From the NCBI RefSeq assembly GCF_000143415.4, contig NW_003314272.1:2629728-2693727 (forward strand): DNA of 64,000 nt, read 5' to 3'. The notes beneath the pieces were generated by a model. It searched no databases and was not told the DNA's origin. It worked only from the letters and a program-made list of their open reading frames with translations. Every line of letters starts with the position of its first letter. Position 1 is the first letter of the stretch. This DNA is from Selaginella moellendorffii (taxonomy: Eukaryota; Plantae; Lycopodiophyta). This document shows, piece after piece, positions 48,408 through 60,829 of the stretch. Both the position numbers and the translations under genes were made by a program.

Positions 48408-49340
48408 TCACTGCATCGTCTTGATGTAGACTGTCTCGAGTGAATCAGTCGAGAGAACCCGCTTGCCTTTGAGAGCCGCCGTCTTTGCTTCGAGGTCGAC
48501 GAAAGCGTATGGACAGCCCGGCCTGTAGTAAAACCAGTCCCCTTCAGCAGTGCCTCTAGCGAAACTCCCGGCTTCCATGCTTTGTCTCCGCCCGCGCCTA
48601 GACCGCTTTCCCTTTAGAACGCAGCTCCCTGGGCCTGGACGTTCTTCTTGAGAGCAACTCGAGGCTTCCGGTTTGCCTTCTGGCTCGCCTTCTGGTTTGC
48701 CTTCTGGTTCGCCTTCTTGTTTGCCTTCTTCTGGTTTTCCTTCTGGTTCGACTGGTTGGCCACCCTCTGGTTTGCCTTCTGGTTCAACTGGTTTGCCACC
48801 CTCTGGTTTGCCTTCTGGTTCGACTGGTTCGCGTCCTTCTGGTTTGCCTTCTGGTTCGACTGGCTCGCCTCCTTCTGGTTCGACTGGTTTGTCTTCTTCT
48901 GGTTCGCCTTCAAGTTCCAGGGAGGCCTGCTTCCTCTTGCAGTAGATCGAGCAGTAGAAGTCATCCGAGAGAAGCGAGCAGTCCATACACTGCCCCAGGA
49001 AACTTGGAGTCTGACGGTTGAGATGTATGGTGTCCCTCTCGGAGCTGACTTGCACATTCCGGACGTTGATCACCTTTCCTATGTCCTGTGCACTGACCGT
49101 CACGCAACGAAAAATCTTGCGCAGGTGCAGCAGCTTGTGGCCGTGACGGTGCTCGGACTTCTTGGCTTCGCACAGGGTCTGGCGGCACTTGATGCAGAAC
49201 AGCACCATCCTTCGACGGTGAACAGACGTACCGGATGGACAGGAGCATTTCTCGAGATTTTGGAGAGCGAGGAGGTCATCCAGCCATGCGAGAGCTTCTT
49301 CTGGTCCTTTTGTGTGTCGTTCGTCTGTATCTGGATGCAT
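48408..49340 (-). CDS. Divergent intronless PLATZ-type zinc-binding protein with EPEGK-rich repeat tail
   Basis: WL..LL, FCIKC..LC..EHRHGHKLLHLRK..V..DI..INV.NVQ..LN.. C..C..YCSIYCK follows the PLATZ pattern; ~36-nt repeats at 48665-48910. Confidence 0.75.
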   Translation of the reverse strand: MHPDTDERHTKGPEEALAWLDDLLALQNLEKCSCPSGTSVHRRRMVLFCIKCRQTLCEAKKSEHRHGHKLLHLRKIFRCVTVSAQDIGKVINVRNVQVSSERDTIHLNRQTPSFLGQCMDCSLLSDDFYCSIYCKRKQASLELEGEPEEDKPVEPEGGEPVEPEGKPEGREPVEPEGKPEGGKPVEPEGKPEGGQPVEPEGKPEEGKQEGEPEGKPEGEPEGKPEASSCSQEERPGPGSCVLKGKRSRRGRRQSMEAGSFARGTAEGDWFYYRPGCPYAFVDLEAKTAALKGKRVLSTDSLETVYIKTMQ

Positions 49341-50018
49341 CACGACCGGACCTCAAAGAATCTGGTCAAGAAACACGAAAAACTTAGTCAAATTGTCGCT
49401 CACTGAATGATCTTTACGTGGAATTGTTTGCTGCCTCGAGAAAGAACCTCTCTTCGTTGCAGATCGAGGATCCTACACCGGACCGGAGTTAAAGTCGATA
49501 GATCAGAGCAAAACTAGGAAGCTTTTCTTGCGATAGAACGAATTCTTCCTCACCTTAGAGTCTTCAGCGTTACGGAAGAGAGCACCGCAGCGAAGTGGAA
49601 AGTAGTTGCCTGTGTTTCTTACGGATTTTTACGGAAAGAACGAATCCTTGCTCTTGAGGACCCGCGCAACCGCCGTGGTGTCCTTCAGCGCTAAATCGGC
49701 GTCGGATGGCGAGCGCTCCAGCAAACTACGAAGAAATCTCCCGGTGAGCGTCGAAAGAGGGCAGCTTTTCTTACGGAAACAACGAACTCCTCCGCTCGTG
49801 CCCGCTGCTGCGAAATCGCTGTCAAACGCTGCCGCAAGGAGGAAGTAGCTACCTGGTAATCGGAATTTGTTCTTCCGGCGCTCTACCCTACGCGCCCTTC
49901 GTTCGTCCGCCTAGGAGAGATCCTCGAGACCGGGAGAAGCTAGTAAAAGAGCGGGAGTAATCCTAGCCGTCCATCCCAACGGTCATAAGAATATCCAGAT
50001 CCTCGCCTTCTGCTGAAG

Positions 50019-51770
50019 CTACTCCCTGCTACTGATCGTTGACAAGCTGAATGCTTCGGTGTTGGAAGCACCGCTCCCGACCACCTCAAATCCAAGAGGC
50101 CTCTCCGGAAGCTTTTGAGGAACACCCGTCCCATCCTCGAGCATCTTCACAGCTTGGAGCATGCTGGGCCTGTGAACAACGTAAGGATGGGCGCAGAGAA
50201 ACGCCACAAAGAGGAAGCGTAGCATCTCCAGCAAGAACTCGTCGGCCAGTCCCGCGAGTTTAACTCCAGAGAACACGTCCCACAGCTTGTCCCTCTGGAT
50301 TAAATCCCAGGCCCAGTCTGCTATTGGTGTCGACAAGGGCGGAACCAGCGCCTTGTTTCCCGTCAAGACTTCCAGCATCACGATCCCGAAGCTGTAAACG
50401 TCGCTCTTGTCTGTAAGCTGCTCGTATAGTACGTACTCTGGCGCAACGTATCCCTGCGTGCCGACAGTGCCCGTTCTGAAACTGCTCACCCCCTCAGGCA
50501 CGAACTTCGCCAGCCCCATGTCCGAGATTCTTGGAGTCATACTCTCGTCTAGCAAGATGTTGCTGCTCTTGACATCCCTGTGGATGATTCTCGCCTCAGC
50601 ACCACCATGCAAATAGGCCAGGCCTCGAGCAACACCGAGAATGATCGCTTTTCTGAGTTCCCACGATTCACGTATCACGCTCTGGCCAGGCACTGAGAGA
50701 TGATCCTGTAAGCTGCCGTTGGGCATAAACTCGTAGACAATGAACCGCTCGTGCCGTGTTTCGGAGCTGCTAGAGACGCACCAACCGAGTAGTCCTGCCA
50801 GATTCCTATGGCGAACGCTGCCGATGATTTCGACTTCGTTGATGAATTCCGCATCTCCTGCGGAACTACAGTTTTTGAATCTCTTGACGGCTATCAGAGT
50901 TCCATCCCCCAGAACTCCCTTGAAGACGTTGCTGAATCCTCCAGATCCAATCTTGTTTCGAGAAGAGAATCCAGCGGTGGCTAGCCTCAGCTCTTGGATA
51001 CTGAACTTCACTGGTCCGTGCATCATCCTGAAAGTTCTGTCGCTGTGCTCATTATCCCGTAGCTGCAAGTTCCTTCGCCGTAAATACCAGATAGCTATGA
51101 TCAAGACCACCAGGATCGTACCGGCCGGAACCACGGTTGATAGAATGATCACCCTCCTTCGACGTTGCTGATCCTGTGCATCTGCGTCTCTCAAGAAGAA
51201 GAGGCAAGATGCAACCATCGAATCCAGAGGCCCTGTTCTGCTAGCGATACCTGCCGCGTAAATAAACGAAAACCTCAAGCAGCCCTCCTCTGCCGTCGAA
51301 CTCGCCGAAGTTGCACGGCTAACACACCTACCACACGCCGGACGTGTTGAAAAGCTACTGCATGCTGAATCCAACTCCTCAAGTGCTTCTGGAGTGATGG
51401 ACAGTCGATAATCCGCCACTGTTCTTATTTGCGGACATCTTGCTGAGCTCTCCATCAACACTGATGCAGTGATTCCACAAGCCGTACTCAAATTCGCATC
51501 CTGTCCCATAGCCGGTAATTCCATCTTAAACTCATCGATGCAAGCGCTGGCATCTTGCTGAGGGAGCAAGAACACCTGTGTCCTCCGAGCATACTCCGCT
51601 ACTACAAAATTCAGCCTGTTCCATGCGTCTGAGCACGTTCCACATGAATTTCCGCCGGGATCACAGCTGAAGCCATCAAGCACCCCGAAATTAAGCGGAC
51701 AAATTGCTGCTGCTGCTAGGCCTTGGAGAGCTGCCACTGCCACTGCTACCAGAGTCACCAAAGAAGCCAT
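50019..51770 (-). CDS. Receptor-like Ser/Thr kinase with Cys-rich SPARK-type ectodomain (RKF3-like)
   Basis: Signal peptide, CPLNF..Cys-rich ectodomain, TM helix, GSGGFSNV, AVKRFKNCS..GDAEF, HRDVKSSN, DMG, GTQGYVAPEY. Confidence 0.92.
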   Translation of the reverse strand: MASLVTLVAVAVAALQGLAAAAICPLNFGVLDGFSCDPGGNSCGTCSDAWNRLNFVVAEYARRTQVFLLPQQDASACIDEFKMELPAMGQDANLSTACGITASVLMESSARCPQIRTVADYRLSITPEALEELDSACSSFSTRPACGRCVSRATSASSTAEEGCLRFSFIYAAGIASRTGPLDSMVASCLFFLRDADAQDQQRRRRVIILSTVVPAGTILVVLIIAIWYLRRRNLQLRDNEHSDRTFRMMHGPVKFSIQELRLATAGFSSRNKIGSGGFSNVFKGVLGDGTLIAVKRFKNCSSAGDAEFINEVEIIGSVRHRNLAGLLGWCVSSSSETRHERFIVYEFMPNGSLQDHLSVPGQSVIRESWELRKAIILGVARGLAYLHGGAEARIIHRDVKSSNILLDESMTPRISDMGLAKFVPEGVSSFRTGTVGTQGYVAPEYVLYEQLTDKSDVYSFGIVMLEVLTGNKALVPPLSTPIADWAWDLIQRDKLWDVFSGVKLAGLADEFLLEMLRFLFVAFLCAHPYVVHRPSMLQAVKMLEDGTGVPQKLPERPLGFEVVGSGASNTEAFSLSTISSRE

Positions 51771-51903
51771 TCGAATACCAAACCTACTAAAACCTCCGGT
51801 CTTTCGCGGCAGGAGCTTCTTTCAAAATCAGAAAAAGTCATAGGATAGAGATGGAACAAAAAAGGGTTGGAAAAGAGAACCTCGATTTGACGAATACACG
51901 TCG

Positions 51904-52924
51904 TCAACCCTCGAGCATGGCTTTAGCTGCATCTACAAGAGCCGCTCTCAGTGTGTCAGGAGCCCGCCCAAGAACAGTAAAGCCTTCTTTGTCTTCGATA
52001 TCAATATCAGCGCCATTGCGAAGTAGAAGAAAGGCCACCTTCCAGACAACAGCAGCAAGGAAGAACATTCAGGAAGCGCATTCTATCAATAAAAACAAAC
52101 AGCAAAGTAAAGAACTGCGCTTACTTGGTCGTGACCGCAAATTGTTGCCTGCATAAGAGGTGTCTGGCCCTGTCCATCGGTGACATCAACATTTGCGCCT
52201 TCCTCGAGCAAGAGCTCGCACACACTCGCATGCCCGGCACTAGCAGCTCGGTGTAAAGGTGTACATCCAACCTGCTTACTGCAGCGTTAAATCCCTCAAA
52301 TGGAACACGAAACACGATCAAACCTTGTCTTTTTTGTCAATCTTCGCACCAGCCAAGATCAATGCTCTAGCGATCTCGACGCGATTTTTGCTGGCAGCGT
52401 AGTGAAGAGCAGTTCGACCTCCATTGTTTTGCTTCTGTACGTCCGCCCCTGGAATGGCATCTGAGTGAGAAAGCCAGCAACGCAAAGCAAAACCTTCGTG
52501 AAATGAAAGAAGGAAGAAGAAGAATGACGAAGAGGATGAACAGGAAGTGAAAAAGAAAGAATGCGTGCCTGCTTGTAGCAAAACCTCCACAACTTTGGCA
52601 TGACCACTGCTGGCAGCAGACTGCAGCGGCGTCCAGCCTTCCTCGTCGCTCGCATCCACCGATCCAGGGCCAGCAGCCGCAAGAATTCTCACAATCTGCG
52701 TGAAAAAATCACTTCGCTCGCCCCGAGAAATATTGGAAGAAAGGTTTCCTCACCTCGACATGCCCCGATCCCGCCGCGACGTGGATCAGACTGCGCTCGT
52801 CCTCATTCCTCAATGCCAGGATCCTCGCGAGCTCGTGATCTTGGTCGATCCTCCGGAATGGATCGGCGTCGCCGGCCTCCGCCGCGCGGAAGAGCTCCTC
52901 GCTCCCTAAACCATCAATCTCCAT
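51904..52924 (-). CDS. Ankyrin-repeat protein, gankyrin / 26S proteasome non-ATPase subunit 10-like, 5 exons
   Basis: NEDERSLIHVAA, DEEGWTPLQSAASSG, NNGGRTALHYAASK, DKVGCTPLHRAASAG, DIEDKEGFTVLG..AAKAMLEG*; splice sites consistent, one GC donor. Confidence 0.88.
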
Positions 52925-53133
52925 TGCCAAATGGCCAGAGAAGTTAAAACCCTAAAATCCCAAATCTCGCGTGCCTTTTCTGGGACGAAATTCCGGCCTT
53001 TGCTTCTGATTTAGGTTGAGTGGATGGAGCAAGAGAGCTCCACCACGCCTGGAAGATTTTAGGGATGCGCCATTACCACGAATCGTGATCGTGAGGAGCA
53101 GCCACTCCAGGTAATCTAGCAATCCCCAGCGCG

Positions 53134-54221
53134 ATGAGGACCGGGAGCTCTTTCTTGTCTGGTTATTTCACGCTGCCTAGCTTCTGGATCCCGGCTGCTA
53201 CTGCACCTAGCACTCTAGATCCATTGCTCCAAGAGAAGGGAGAATCCAATTCCACCGTAGAAGCAAATAGCGACAATGGGGAGGCTAGAAACGAATCGAG
53301 CTTTCCATTGACGAGATTGGAAACCATGGCTGTGGTGGCGCTCTTCACCGTCTTTGTTGGTGGGCTGATAGCAATCTTCTTGACGATGCCAGACGCCGAC
53401 CGGGACGTCTTCAAGCTTCCTCGGACCTTGGAAGAGCTTCGAAAGCTCACGTAAGTTTTTTCCCTTTCGGTTCTCTCGAGTTTGACACTCTTTTCTACTC
53501 CAGGGAGTATCTTTCTGTCTATGCCCAAGATCATACGCTGCAAGTGCTGCTCGGCTATGTCGTGAGCTACGTTTTTCTCCAGACTTTCATGATCCCGGGA
53601 ACCATCTTGATGTCGCTGCTGGCGGGGGCGCTCTTTGGCGAGTACTACGGCCTTCTTCTCGTGGTTTCCACGGCCACCGCGGGTGCTTGCTCGTGTTACT
53701 TCCTCTCCAAGCTTGTTGGAAGGCCACTGCTGAATTGGCTGTGGCCGGACAAGCTCGCCTTCTTTCGAGACGAGGTGAGAAACCTTCCACTTCTTTCGCT
53801 TCCACTTGATCAAGCATCGGCTTCTCGTCTCTCCAGGTAGCGAAACGCAAAGACAAGCTTCTCAACTACATGCTCTTCCTGAGAATCACTCCAACGCTTC
53901 CAAACACATTCATCAACGTCGCGTCTCCGATTGTAGATATTCCATTCGACACGTTTTTCTGGGCTACCGCGATCGGTCTCGTCCCCGCCGCGTTCGTCAC
54001 GGTCCGGGTGAGTGACACTCCTCATCAAAATCTCTCTTTTCTCCCGGAATAACGTTCCCTCCTTTCCATGCCAGGCCGGATTGGCACTGGGTGAACTCCA
54101 ATCCCTGCGAGACCTCTACGACTTCAAGACAATCGCAACACTCTTCTTTATTGGCCTCGTCTCGATCGTCCCGACTGTCTTTGCGAGCAAACCAACGGAA
54201 CAAGCAAAGGAAAACTCCTGA
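53134..54221 (+). CDS. SNARE-associated / DedA-VTT (TMEM41/TVP38-like) membrane protein; exons 53134-53450, 53504-53774, 53837-54007, 54075-54221
   Basis: KLPRTLEELR, YVFLQTFMIPGTILMSLLAGALFG, NYMLFLRITPTLPNTFINVASPIV; canonical introns. Start codon uncertain. Confidence 0.88.
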
Positions 54222-54320
54222 CGATTGTTTCCATTCTTTTCTTTGTAAATACACCAATTGCCTTTGATCGCTCTATGAAAACCAGTTCTTTACAAGTCAA
54301 AATACAAGCCAAAGCGCTCA

Positions 54321-56048
54321 CTAGAAGTGCGAAGACTCGGCCTTCCCGCCTCCCAATCCATGCCGCCGGCCGCCATAGCTGCGAGGAAAGAAAGGCTCCC
54401 CCACGGACGTGAAGGACGGCGAGTTGACCCCGGAAGGTGGATCCTTTAATATGCTTAGCAGCGTCACGATCTTCTCCTTGGCACGACTGGTGGCGGCGCC
54501 GCTGTCCACCAGCGCCACCAGCGCCTCCACGCCGCCGGCCTCCGCCGCCAGCGGCTTGAAACGAATGTTGTGGTTCGAGAGATGGACGAGCGCCGCCACT
54601 ACGTGCTCCTTGAGCTCGCGCTCGTCGTGATCGCCATCGCCACCTTGCGATGGTGGAGAGTTTCTTCTCTCGTTTCGCAGCAGCGCGAAGAGCCTGCGCA
54701 CCCCGTTGATCTCCAGCAGCGCTGTTCTACCGTCGGAGCTCGCGGCCAGGCAGCTGAGAATGCACATACAGCGGCTGGCCAGATCGTGGGAGCTCTGGAT
54801 CCCGGCCCCCTGTTCTTCGCGGTGGCGAGCTCCACCACCTTGTTCTTCCGCTATGCTCAAGAGTATCGGCACCAATCCCGCTTTGACCATCTTGCCCCGG
54901 TTGAGCTGCGCGAGCGAGAGGTGGTAGAGCGCCATGGACGCGTCCTGCTGAGCTCTCGGCGATGGAGGCTGCTGCTGCCGCGGTCTCTTGGGCCGTAAGA
55001 TCTCGATGAGCGGAGGAATCGCTCCCAGCACGCCGATGGCCAAGCGATTGTCTTCGTGGAGCGCCAGGCTAAAGATCGCCCCGGCGGCGTGCTCCTGGAT
55101 CTCGGCCTGGCTCGAGCGGAGAGCATGGACCAGGTGTGGCGTCGCGCCGGCTCTCACGATCATGAGCTTGTTGTCCACCTCCAGCGAGAGGTTGAGGATG
55201 GCGGCCAGCGAGTGGATCACCAGCGGCTTGTGTCGCGACTGCAAGAGCGCCACCAGCGCCTCGAGGAGATCCGCCTGGCAGAGAGTCCGGCGGTTGAAAG
55301 TCCCCTCCCGTGCGAGCTGCCGGACTTGCGAGGCCGCCAGCGTTTGATCCTTGCTGCCGGCGCTGCTGCTGCTGCTCAATCGCCGGACGAGATCCGGGAC
55401 GAGGCGGGGATCCATGGTGGCGCAGGATCGCTCGTCCTCCTCCTCCAGCGAGCGAGGATTCGTGTCGAGCGGGTGGGGCACGGATGATCTTCCACAAACT
55501 TCCACCATATCCGTTCGTAAGCTAGCTCCTGTGGCCGAGTGGACGTACCTCACGGATGAAAGGGCGACGCGATCGTGGCCCTGGCCACCACCGCCATCGC
55601 CATCGCCATCGCCATCGGCTGCTACTGCTACTGCCACTGCTGTGTTTTTCTCCTCGACGATTTTTCTCGCCACCAAATCTGTAGCTCGAGAGGAAGAGAC
55701 CACCTCAGGGGAGGAAATGCCCGACACCGCGCTCCAGTTGAGAATGGCGGCCTTGAGAGCAACGTTGGGGATGAGGAAAGTGTGCTCCAGCTTTGCCTTG
55801 GTCTTGAAGCAATCGCTCCGGCCCTGTGCCAGCCACTCCTGGATGCAGGCGCGCTCGTAGCTCTGGCCCGAGGCGACGATCACGGGATCGGCCATCGCCT
55901 CCCCGGAGATAGGGCATCGAAATTCTTCCGGAACCAGGATCTTCGAGGCAGCTCCTGGGATTTGCAAGCTCTGGGGGCGGACAAGAGATTGCTGCTGCTG
56001 CTGCTGCTGGTGATGCCCTAGTGGCGGCTCCAGCGCCGCGGTTCCCAT
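54321..56048 (-). CDS. Plant U-box/ARM-repeat E3 ubiquitin ligase
   Basis: U-box PEEFRCPISGEAMADPVIVASGQSYERACI..LIPNVALK; ARM repeats NLSLEVDNK, QEHAAGAIFSLA. The ORF-track start at 56228 is TTG; the first ATG is at 56048. Confidence 0.93.
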   Translation of the reverse strand: MGTAALEPPLGHHQQQQQQQSLVRPQSLQIPGAASKILVPEEFRCPISGEAMADPVIVASGQSYERACIQEWLAQGRSDCFKTKAKLEHTFLIPNVALKAAILNWSAVSGISSPEVVSSSRATDLVARKIVEEKNTAVAVAVAADGDGDGDGGGGQGHDRVALSSVRYVHSATGASLRTDMVEVCGRSSVPHPLDTNPRSLEEEDERSCATMDPRLVPDLVRRLSSSSSAGSKDQTLAASQVRQLAREGTFNRRTLCQADLLEALVALLQSRHKPLVIHSLAAILNLSLEVDNKLMIVRAGATPHLVHALRSSQAEIQEHAAGAIFSLALHEDNRLAIGVLGAIPPLIEILRPKRPRQQQPPSPRAQQDASMALYHLSLAQLNRGKMVKAGLVPILLSIAEEQGGGARHREEQGAGIQSSHDLASRCMCILSCLAASSDGRTALLEINGVRRLFALLRNERRNSPPSQGGDGDHDERELKEHVVAALVHLSNHNIRFKPLAAEAGGVEALVALVDSGAATSRAKEKIVTLLSILKDPPSGVNSPSFTSVGEPFFPRSYGGRRHGLGGGKAESSHF

Positions 56049-57187
56049 GCGAATTGTGACAATCCTGTGCTCGCCTGGAATGTGAGCTTGATCTATCCGC
56101 GAGAAATTTCCCGAGCTGCGGGCAAAGAATTCTTCAAACCCTGGTGGACGAGACGTGAGCTCAGGACTCCGGAATTCTCTCGTCACTTGAAGGGCTTTCT
56201 TGTAGCACGACCTCCACGTGGCCGCCAAAGTGGATCCGCGGTCCGCTGTCTTGCTGAGATTCTAAACTTTCATTTCTAACTGCGTAAAGAGAATATACCC
56301 AAAATATTTAGGTACATCCCAGAATATTTTTTAATTTACCTGATTTTACTCCTTAAACATTATTTAATTCGTTTACTTACAGTTTAAATCATGTTTACAG
56401 CTATGTTAGTAAATATTCTTGTATATAGGTCTTCGTTGAGTGGCGGAACAATCTCCCTCAAATTCAACTCCTCAAAAGTTAGACTGAATGAATGCTACTC
56501 CATAATCGAGAAAGACTTGATCATCAAAATTATTTAAAAACCAATTGTAATACCATCATGTCAACTCCAATTGATCCATACATCCTGCAAATTCATAAGA
56601 ACACCCCAGCCATATTTTCACTCATGGCCTTGAAGCTAAGGATCTTGTTACTGATCCATACATATTACCAAATCCATGAGTGTGTTGTAACTACAATTAT
56701 CCATCTGCACAACCAGGTCAATGTAAAACTTGTGTCCTCACCCAAGAACTGCTAGAGAAGTGATTGCTCCTAGAGATAAGGATTCTTACTAAATGTTTTA
56801 GTGATACCAGAGAATATAATCTACTGCTGAAGTTCTTAAAATCTTCCTTTTTCAGCACTGTTACACCTTTTGAGTCTTAACTATTTACCTGTTTTATCTG
56901 TTTATCTAGGACATACTTAAAATATTATTCAATCAAATGGATATAAATATTGTTTTTGGTTTGCTTAAGCAATAGGGGGAATGTATACTTAGAATATACT
57001 TGGATATTCTAGCATATTTTACCATCTAATGGTTGTTATTCATTTGGATTAATCTTGTATTTATAATTTATAAACTTGCTTAAACATTATTTTTTTTATT
57101 CTCATTTCATGATTGATATGCAATAAGATTAATCTTGTGTTTATAAATATAAATTTTTATTTGATCAATTGGATTAACAAGTAAGAA

Positions 57188-57870
57188 TATGTAGCGCACT
57201 TTATTTCTCTCCCTTAAGCTAACTCGAAAAGGGGCAATTGCTTGATGAGAGAGCTTTTAGTGGTTATTTTATTCCCATTTATGGGGAATTAACACTTTCA
57301 TTTCCGCACTAAATTTATTAATCTTTCTATTGTATAGACTAGCTAATCCAATCCTTCATCCTCTTTTCAAAGATGTCAATGTCTTTATTGACTATTGACT
57401 AATAACCTTTATTAAGCCAAGGGCCTATAACAATGTCCTCATTAACTATTGACTAATAACCCTTACTAAACTAAAGGGAACCAACACCTCCTTTTTTACA
57501 TTACATTTACCAATCTTTCTATTGTGTAAATTAGCATTTCCATTTTTGCACTGAATTTACCAATCCTTCTATTTTGTAAATTAGTTATTCCATATGAGTC
57601 AATTAGTCATCCACCTGTATTACAATCCCATGGTGGATACTTTCGTCTATGGATGCTCCACCAAGAAGAAAGATGTATACATGGATGCTAAAGATATATT
57701 ATATTTTTAAGTAGCCACTAATCAATATGAATCGAACCCGTATAAGATGTAATGCATCCTATCTCTTTCCCCTTAAGTCAACTGGAAAAAGGGCAATTGC
57801 TTGATGAAAGAGCGCTTAATGGCTCTTTTATCCCCATTTATCCCTCAAAATTTCAAGGATTTATAGTGAC
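57188..57870 (-). repeat. Two direct copies (~57188-57282 and ~57748-57870) of a motif also present in the Gypsy 3' region at 31215-31338
   Basis: CCCTTAAG..AACT.GAAAA.GGGCAATTGCTT..TGA.AGAGC..CCCATTTAT occurs in all three copies. Confidence 0.75.
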
Positions 57871-59199
57871 AGTATCTCTAAATTTCATCCCAAGATTATA
57901 TGCGCTAAAAAATAACACTATTATTAAAAAAACCAAGTATTGCTACATGCAATGTGTAGCAAATTATTATTAGTGATAAAAAGGATTCTTGTGAAAGATA
58001 ATTTACTTATTGCTAATCCATAAAAAATGAATGTCTAAAGATTGTAACAATAACTGACGAAAATGTAGTGAAGATAACGTACATTAAATTTAGGGTATAA
58101 ACATTGAATTTTTAACTCTATATATTGTTACCAATTCATAACAAGAGTCATGTTACCAATTCATAAGCAAAGTGTGTATAAAAGCCTTATGATTCAGTTA
58201 TATATTTGTTATTTCTCTATATTTACTGGAATTTTTATAAGGTCTTTAGAAACTAATTTAATTTAGCCCCAAGCTAATTTAAAAACCTAATCTAGCTCTG
58301 GATTCATATTATAGATGGCCATCAATGTGTTTAAGAAGTCTTAAATTCAAATCCCATAAACAAAACTTTTACACTAATGATGAATATACTCTTTAATAAG
58401 TATGTTGAAAATTTTGTCTATATATATTAATAGACCAAAATGCATTAACAATCTTTAACCCTTTCCTCTTGCTCTAAAGTTTTAGAAATTTATCAATATA
58501 TATTTCCTTATTAATCTTCCACATATTTCATTTTATTAAGTTTTTTAATTCTTAACACTCTTCAAGACCACGTCGTTTATATCACTTTGCATTCTTGATT
58601 AACTATAAGATTGCCTCTATCCTTCTTTTAAGAGTATCATCACTTAGTACTAGTTCATTTAGTTTTTACTTTCCAAGCTTGTTTTTATAATAAAAAGTCC
58701 TTTATTATTCTCTTTATATTGGTTGATATAGGTTTAAATTTCTTTTATATTGCTCAACTTATTGCCACACACTACCATCTACAATTGTATCATGTGGTAG
58801 AGTCGGTTTTTATTTTTTATAGCAACGGTTGTATATATTTGTGTGATGAAGTGATTTTGAGTTTGAGATTCAATCATTTTGGGTGGTGTTGAGTCAAACT
58901 TTTAACTTCATTAGTATGAATTAGTTGTAGTGCAATAATGCCAAATATGCTTTTAAGGTTTTTCACCTTATTTCATATTTTTTTCCATTCCTCTCACTTT
59001 TATTTTACTTTGTCCTTTTGCTTTTATTTTTGCTTCTATCATTTTTATCTCTTTATTACCTACTATTGTGTTTCCATCTTGCTCCTCTATTCCCTTTTCA
59101 AATTCTTTTGACAGTTTTTATGTTGTACCCAATCAAGAAGAAGTATATTGATTTCTTCAACTTTAACTTGTTATTTGGGGCCAACATTGCAATACATTA

Positions 59200-60320
59200 T
59201 CATATTTTAACTGGGTAAGCTTATCCAATTAAAGTTCATGTTTGGTATTGATTATTAAAAGAGATTAAGATTTTACACATTAATGTCAATAAAATTTTAG
59301 AAAAGGGTGTTATTTGAAATTTTTAGAGTCCTTAGGCATATGAATCTCATTTTGTGGCAAAGCCTAATAGGAGTATTCAAATCCAAATCAACTATCATCC
59401 ATTAAACAATATAATTATCTTGGATATGTACCTTCTTTGTCACAGTGTTGATTTTTTTGATTGTCTAAGGAAAAATTGTTAATTCACCAAATTAGATTTT
59501 GATTCGGGGTACTAACAACTACTAATAGTTGAAAAACATGTTCCTAAGACTATATTTTATATATTATTTGATTTATATGAGTTCTTGGTAATTTTATTTT
59601 GTTTGAATAATGCTCTAACGACTTTCCAATGGATGATAGATAAAGTTCTTTATGACATGCTAGAAATGATTATTAATTTCATTGATGATGTCTTGATTTA
59701 AGACATAGGAGAAGCATGTTCATAATGCTCTTAAAATATTAGATCAATTGCCAAAAGTTAATTTAACACTGAAGCAATTGAAGTGTGTGTTTAGGTCTAA
59801 GAACACAATTTATCTTAGGAACCATATTTCTTGTAAAGATTTACAAGTTGATCATGATAAACTTGTGGCCATTCTGAAATTCCCTATAATAAAGTGTATA
59901 AATGATGTGTAGTGCTTTCTAGGCAAGATGTAATATTTCAGTTGTTTTTTTTATTGATTATCTTTTGATCATACTACACTATTGTGAGCGCTGTTAAAGT
60001 TGTCAACATCATCTTTCATTTAATATGAGGGTTGTGAGTGGATATTTGCAGATATTATAGAGTTGTTGGCAATTTTGGCATACCCTAATTACACTCAACC
60101 TTTCATTTCATGCATAGATGGTTCTAATATTGATATTAGATGTGTGATGATGCAAAATAACATGAGTGTGCTTAGTTAAAGTTATCCCATTCTATACATC
60201 AACTATATATTATAATTAATAGAGATGAATTATTCTATAACAAAGAAATTGTATTTAGTAGAAGTTTGGGATTTCAAGAAGCTTTATATATATTTATATA
60301 GTTCTTGAACATTGATGTCA
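59200..60320 (+). mobile_element. Degenerate Ty3/Gypsy RT-RNaseH relic
   Basis: FCLNNALTTFQWMIDKVL..FIDDVLI and PNYTQPF..DGSN translations with many stops. Confidence 0.7.
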
Positions 60321-60829
60321 CAAATGTAACTATGGGTATCGAAAGTTACCTATCAATTAGTCCTTTCAGATATTCTTTCCTTATTGTCATGACGACTAAA
60401 GGTCGATATTGCTAGACCCTTTATCAGTCCCTTTTGTACTAATAGAGTTAACTATGCATTTCAAGTGTACTTAGATTGAATGAGCATAAGGATGGAATTC
60501 CTATATGTTATTAGATAAGCATATTTAGCCTAATAAGGACTTCCCCTGTCATTGCACTAGCTAGCAAAAATTCATATGTATTGAGACTAATCCCTTAATA
60601 TCATTAAATGATAATTTAATATGTCTATGCCCTTTACATTAGTTTTGTTCACCTTAATTGTTATTTATGGAAAATATCTAGATTTACTAATTTAGTATAT
60701 TTTTAGAATGTAGAGATTGTCTTGAACACAATGGTGTTTATCTTATGCCCAAATTCACAATTTAACACCATTCTATATTTAGTAAGTTTAAAATTTATTC
60801 TAAAGACTAACTTTTGGTACTAAGGGTGG

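Noticed and set aside
48648-49406. 252-aa W/F-rich ORF
   Set aside because: Antisense shadow of the EPEGK repeats in the PLATZ-like gene.
57222-57256. Hammerhead-like GAAA..TTGATGA motif; retrozyme hypothesis for the LARD LTRs
   Set aside because: The core is not CTGATGA, stems I and III cannot be formed, the motif is not kept in the 31215 copy, and no hammerhead core was seen in the LTRs.
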